Below are positions 21,898 through 24,000 of a DNA stretch of 24,000 bases, piece by piece. The stretch is from contig JAMOVR010000210.1 in assembly GCA_027061945.1 (NCBI GenBank), forward strand, positions 9,977 through 33,976, in the 5' to 3' direction. Within the stretch, counting starts at the first letter, position 1; each line of letters starts with the position of its first letter. The DNA is from Candidatus Heimdallarchaeota archaeon. GTDB lineage: Archaea; Asgardarchaeota; Heimdallarchaeia; Heimdallarchaeales; JAJRWK01. Made by a program: the position numbers and the translations under genes. Below the pieces are notes generated by a model that ran no database searches, had not been told where the DNA came from, and was given only the letters and a program-made list of their open reading frames with translations.

Positions 21898-22476
21898 TTA
21901 TTTAGATTTATACTTGGAAATGACTGAAAATAAGTAATTTCGTACGGCTGTAGCATTTTTTTTATCACCAAAAGATCCTAAAAATACTATGCCTTTAGTT
22001 CTTGGTAGTACCGATTCAGCGCAGATTATACCCACTCGATAGCCTAAGCTTTTTGCTTCAAACACTTCGACATTCTTGATTGATGAATAAGGCACTTTTA
22101 AGGGGTGAAAACGAACGATCTCAGGAAAAACTTGTTCAATTACTAAATAGTCGTTATAGAAAAAGAGCCTAACATAAGGCCTCAAGGCTTTTCTTGCGGG
22201 CTTCACAACATAGAAATGTAAAATAAGTGACAACGTAAGCATCAAAATGAAAAAGAAGACAGATACCAACGAGAAATTTTCAGATATTAACGCCCCGATC
22301 CCTACGAGAATGAGTACAAATATCCCTAATATGCCGAAAATAAGCCCTGTTAAGACATACCCTGATAACAAGGCAGTAATGGGAACATAAGGAGCTAGTA
22401 CTATGACTCTATAATCTTCCGTTTGCTCATCTTTAGCAATACCTAATGGTATAGGATCTTTATTCCTACGAGACAT
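21898..22476 (-). CDS. Membrane protein, two or three TM helices followed by a soluble beta-rich domain (possibly bPH/DUF304-like)
   Basis: Hydrophobic block from LAPYVPITALLSGYVLTGLIFGILGIFVLILVGIGALI to FFFILMLTLSLILHFYVV. I chose ATG 22476, preceded by GAAGTGAT; the track start is TTG 22491. Confidence 0.5.
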   Translation of the reverse strand: MSRRNKDPIPLGIAKDEQTEDYRVIVLAPYVPITALLSGYVLTGLIFGILGIFVLILVGIGALISENFSLVSVFFFILMLTLSLILHFYVVKPARKALRPYVRLFFYNDYLVIEQVFPEIVRFHPLKVPYSSIKNVEVFEAKSLGYRVGIICAESVLPRTKGIVFLGSFGDKKNATAVRNYLFSVISKYKSK

Positions 22477-22523
22477 TTTTATCACTTCCAATAAATCTCA
22501 GATGATAAATAAAAAATAAAACA

Positions 22524-23720
22524 TCATGCTGCATGTACAATTTTCACCACATCAAAGGGTTGCAACTCGTAGTCCTCACCCACACGTCTACCAGAAGGCA
22601 GGATAATAGCATGAATGAATTTTTTTGCTAAATCACTATGAACCATACCTGCAAGTTCTCTAGGAGTAGTGCCTTTAGGAACTAGAAACACATCTGGGAG
22701 TACACGCCCATCTTTATCAGAATAATGTGTCGCATCTTCAACAGGATATACAGGTATAAGCCCCATAATATCAAATAATGCATGATGTAACAACTTCTGT
22801 ACACCTGTAGAACCATATTTCTTCAAGATTTTTTCCTTGATTTGTTCTAAAGTAGCCATTTCCCGGGAATTTAATAAAGTTGAATCAATAATTTCAAAAG
22901 AAGCATTACCTGGTATATAACTAATAGCTCCTTTTTCATCAAGTTTTCTAAGATAAAATTCTGCTAGGCCAGAGCATGGGATAATATCAAAGCCTTCTTC
23001 TTTTAGGCGCGCATAATTTTTTTCAGAACCTTCTCGGTCAATTTTATTACCGGCTATAACAATTGGAAATAGTTCTTTTCTTAATTTAGAAGCAAATAAG
23101 AACAAGTCATTTTCATTCCATTTTGTAGGCTTATTAGCATCTAAACCACTATTTTTCAACGCATTTCTAACTTTTTCTTTATTAGCCTTTAGTCCACTTA
23201 ATCTGTCAGTAATAACATCTACTAAAGACAATTTTTCGGCTTCAATTCTTCTAGAGATCCTGTCCCAGTCATTTTCTAATATTCCTAACAACCAATAATC
23301 AATTTCTTTTTCTAAAAAAATAATGTCTTGTTTAGGATCCCAAGAGCCTTTTTCAACAATATTACCTTCAGCATCTAAACTTCCTGAAAGATCAACTACA
23401 TGGATCAAAATATCAGCTTGCCTTAGATCATCTAAAAACTTGTTACCCATACCTCTACCTTCATGTGCACCCGGCACTAAACCCGCCACATCTAATAGTT
23501 TAATTGGAACAAAACGCTTTCCATTTTTGCAAAAACCATGTCGAGGCTCACATTTAACACCTAGTTTCTGACAAACGCAATCGATCACTACATATCCAAC
23601 ACCTTTGTTAGGATCAATTGTAGTAAAAGGATAATCTCCAGTTTTTGCGTCAGATAAGCAAATTGCGTTTAATAATGTAGATTTACCTGCCGAAGGTTTT
23701 CCAACTAACCCAACAAGCAT
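22524..23720 (-). CDS. Obg-like GTPase of the YchF/Ygr210 branch with a C-terminal TGS-like domain
   Basis: G1 GLVGKPSAGKST, G2 region YPFTTIDPN, and G3 followed by a Gly-rich stretch (LLDVAGLVPGAHEGRGMGNKFL), plus G4-like AGNKID. The C-terminus DYELQPFDVVKIV is TGS-like. Confidence 0.8.
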   Translation of the reverse strand: MLVGLVGKPSAGKSTLLNAICLSDAKTGDYPFTTIDPNKGVGYVVIDCVCQKLGVKCEPRHGFCKNGKRFVPIKLLDVAGLVPGAHEGRGMGNKFLDDLRQADILIHVVDLSGSLDAEGNIVEKGSWDPKQDIIFLEKEIDYWLLGILENDWDRISRRIEAEKLSLVDVITDRLSGLKANKEKVRNALKNSGLDANKPTKWNENDLFLFASKLRKELFPIVIAGNKIDREGSEKNYARLKEEGFDIIPCSGLAEFYLRKLDEKGAISYIPGNASFEIIDSTLLNSREMATLEQIKEKILKKYGSTGVQKLLHHALFDIMGLIPVYPVEDATHYSDKDGRVLPDVFLVPKGTTPRELAGMVHSDLAKKFIHAIILPSGRRVGEDYELQPFDVVKIVHAA

Positions 23721-23950
23721 GTGTTTGATTATAAAAACAACATTCTTGGATATTTTGGTTGACGCATTTAACTAAATTAGCGGGGATTCTCCTAAGTGAG
23801 TGGGGAAATGAGATTCGACTAATTTAGATTATTGCATTGTATTAGGAAATATTGAATAAAGACAAGAATGAGACATTCTTTTTTTATGTTCAGTTCTTCC
23901 ACTTAATTCGTATTTGTTCCATGGTATCTTGGATTCTTCCTTACGTACTC

Positions 23951-24000
23951 GTTCATGGGTAATTATAGGTAATGAAGGGGGCTTCTCTTCGACAGAGTTA
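23951..24000 (-). repeat. Possible divergent right-end portion of another family copy, cut by the window edge
   Basis: Plus strand GTTCATGGGTAATTATAGGTAATGAAGGGGGCTTCTCTTCGAC compares with 5903-5944 GTGAACTAACCCTTTCTTTAGCAGGGGGCTTCCTGCTTCATC. The GGGGGCTTC block sits at the same offset. The terminus is degenerate. Confidence 0.3.

Noticed and set aside
730-23571. Many antisense or shadow ORFs of 60-144 aa inside well-supported genes: 730-912, 1341-1547, 1621-1896, 1901-2128, 1929-2141, 3699-3896, 5071-5361, 6129-6365, 7128-7562, 8015-8224, 9315-9593, 12514-12702, 12764-13057, 13085-13276, 13456-13650, 14463-14717, 14813-15010, 17610-17849, 19671-19967, 19858-20049, 20086-20286 and 23323-23571.
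   Set aside because: Each lies opposite or out of frame to a gene with clear homology. All have low-complexity Leu/Phe/Ser/Ile-rich composition typical of antisense AT-rich coding DNA, and none has a Shine-Dalgarno-like signal.
23772-23827. 9-bp inverted repeat CTAAATTAG-n38-CTAATTTAG, whose loop (GCGGGGATTCTCCTAAGTGAG) loosely resembles the family left-end module (GGGGATTTGTCGCCAATAGAG).
   Set aside because: The similarity is only about 60% over 20 nt. There is no recognisable left hairpin or TAGTTCAC end nearby. The stem is A/T-rich and could arise by chance in this composition, so I leave it as unassigned.
1-24000. Search for CRISPR arrays, rRNA genes, inteins in RadA/Cdc6/GlmS, and classic defence or toxin-antitoxin operons.
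   Set aside because: There are no regularly spaced direct repeats and no rRNA-like conserved blocks. RadA, Cdc6 and GlmS are collinear with their families apart from the RadA N-terminal duplication. No nuclease, methylase or ATPase gene sets typical of defence islands were seen.

Overview
This is an AT-rich archaeal chromosomal segment made up mostly of housekeeping genes. The archaeal call rests on Orc1/Cdc6, Spt5, SecE/Sec61-gamma, RadA, aIF6 and ribosomal proteins eL31, eL39 and eS19; I cannot assign a lineage. In order along the window: an ArsR-like regulator plus Orc1/Cdc6, uL11, a small Zn-ribbon ORF, Spt5, SecE, GlmS, a sugar-1-P nucleotidyltransferase/LbH protein, a fused glutamate formimidoyltransferase-cyclodeaminase, an orphan 254-aa protein, triosephosphate isomerase, an MFS transporter, tRNA-Leu(UAG), RadA with an enlarged N-terminus, two small or membrane ORFs, the aIF6-eL31-eL39-PDCD5-like-eS19 cluster, a Bacillus-type arginase, tRNA-Ile(GAU), an MtnA/eIF2B-like isomerase, a membrane protein and an Obg-like GTPase. 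Many genes carry a Shine-Dalgarno-like GGTGAT/GGAGG motif 4-8 nt upstream of an ATG, and I used this to move several track starts. I saw no rRNA, no CRISPR array and no recognisable defence or toxin operon. The least ordinary signal lies in the non-coding DNA. Most long intergenic spacers hold a member of one repeat family that is visibly GC-richer than its surroundings, hairpin-ended, and roughly 200-250 nt long, with one 85-nt miniature and one 34-nt palindromic version. The copies share a terminal motif (T)TAGTTCAC, a subterminal GAAA-type hairpin whose stem changes by compensatory substitutions, and a second hairpin at the other end. One copy directly abuts a TnpB C-terminal relic that has the same end architecture. 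I read the family as non-autonomous IS200/IS605-TnpB-type (PATE/MITE-like) elements that might be expressed as orphan omega-RNA-like transcripts; this is inference, not proof. Secondary observations are an internal duplication of the RadA helix-hairpin-helix domain, a eukaryote-like FT-CD fusion, a well-signalled 19-codon sORF, and a broken secE-spt5-L11 cluster.
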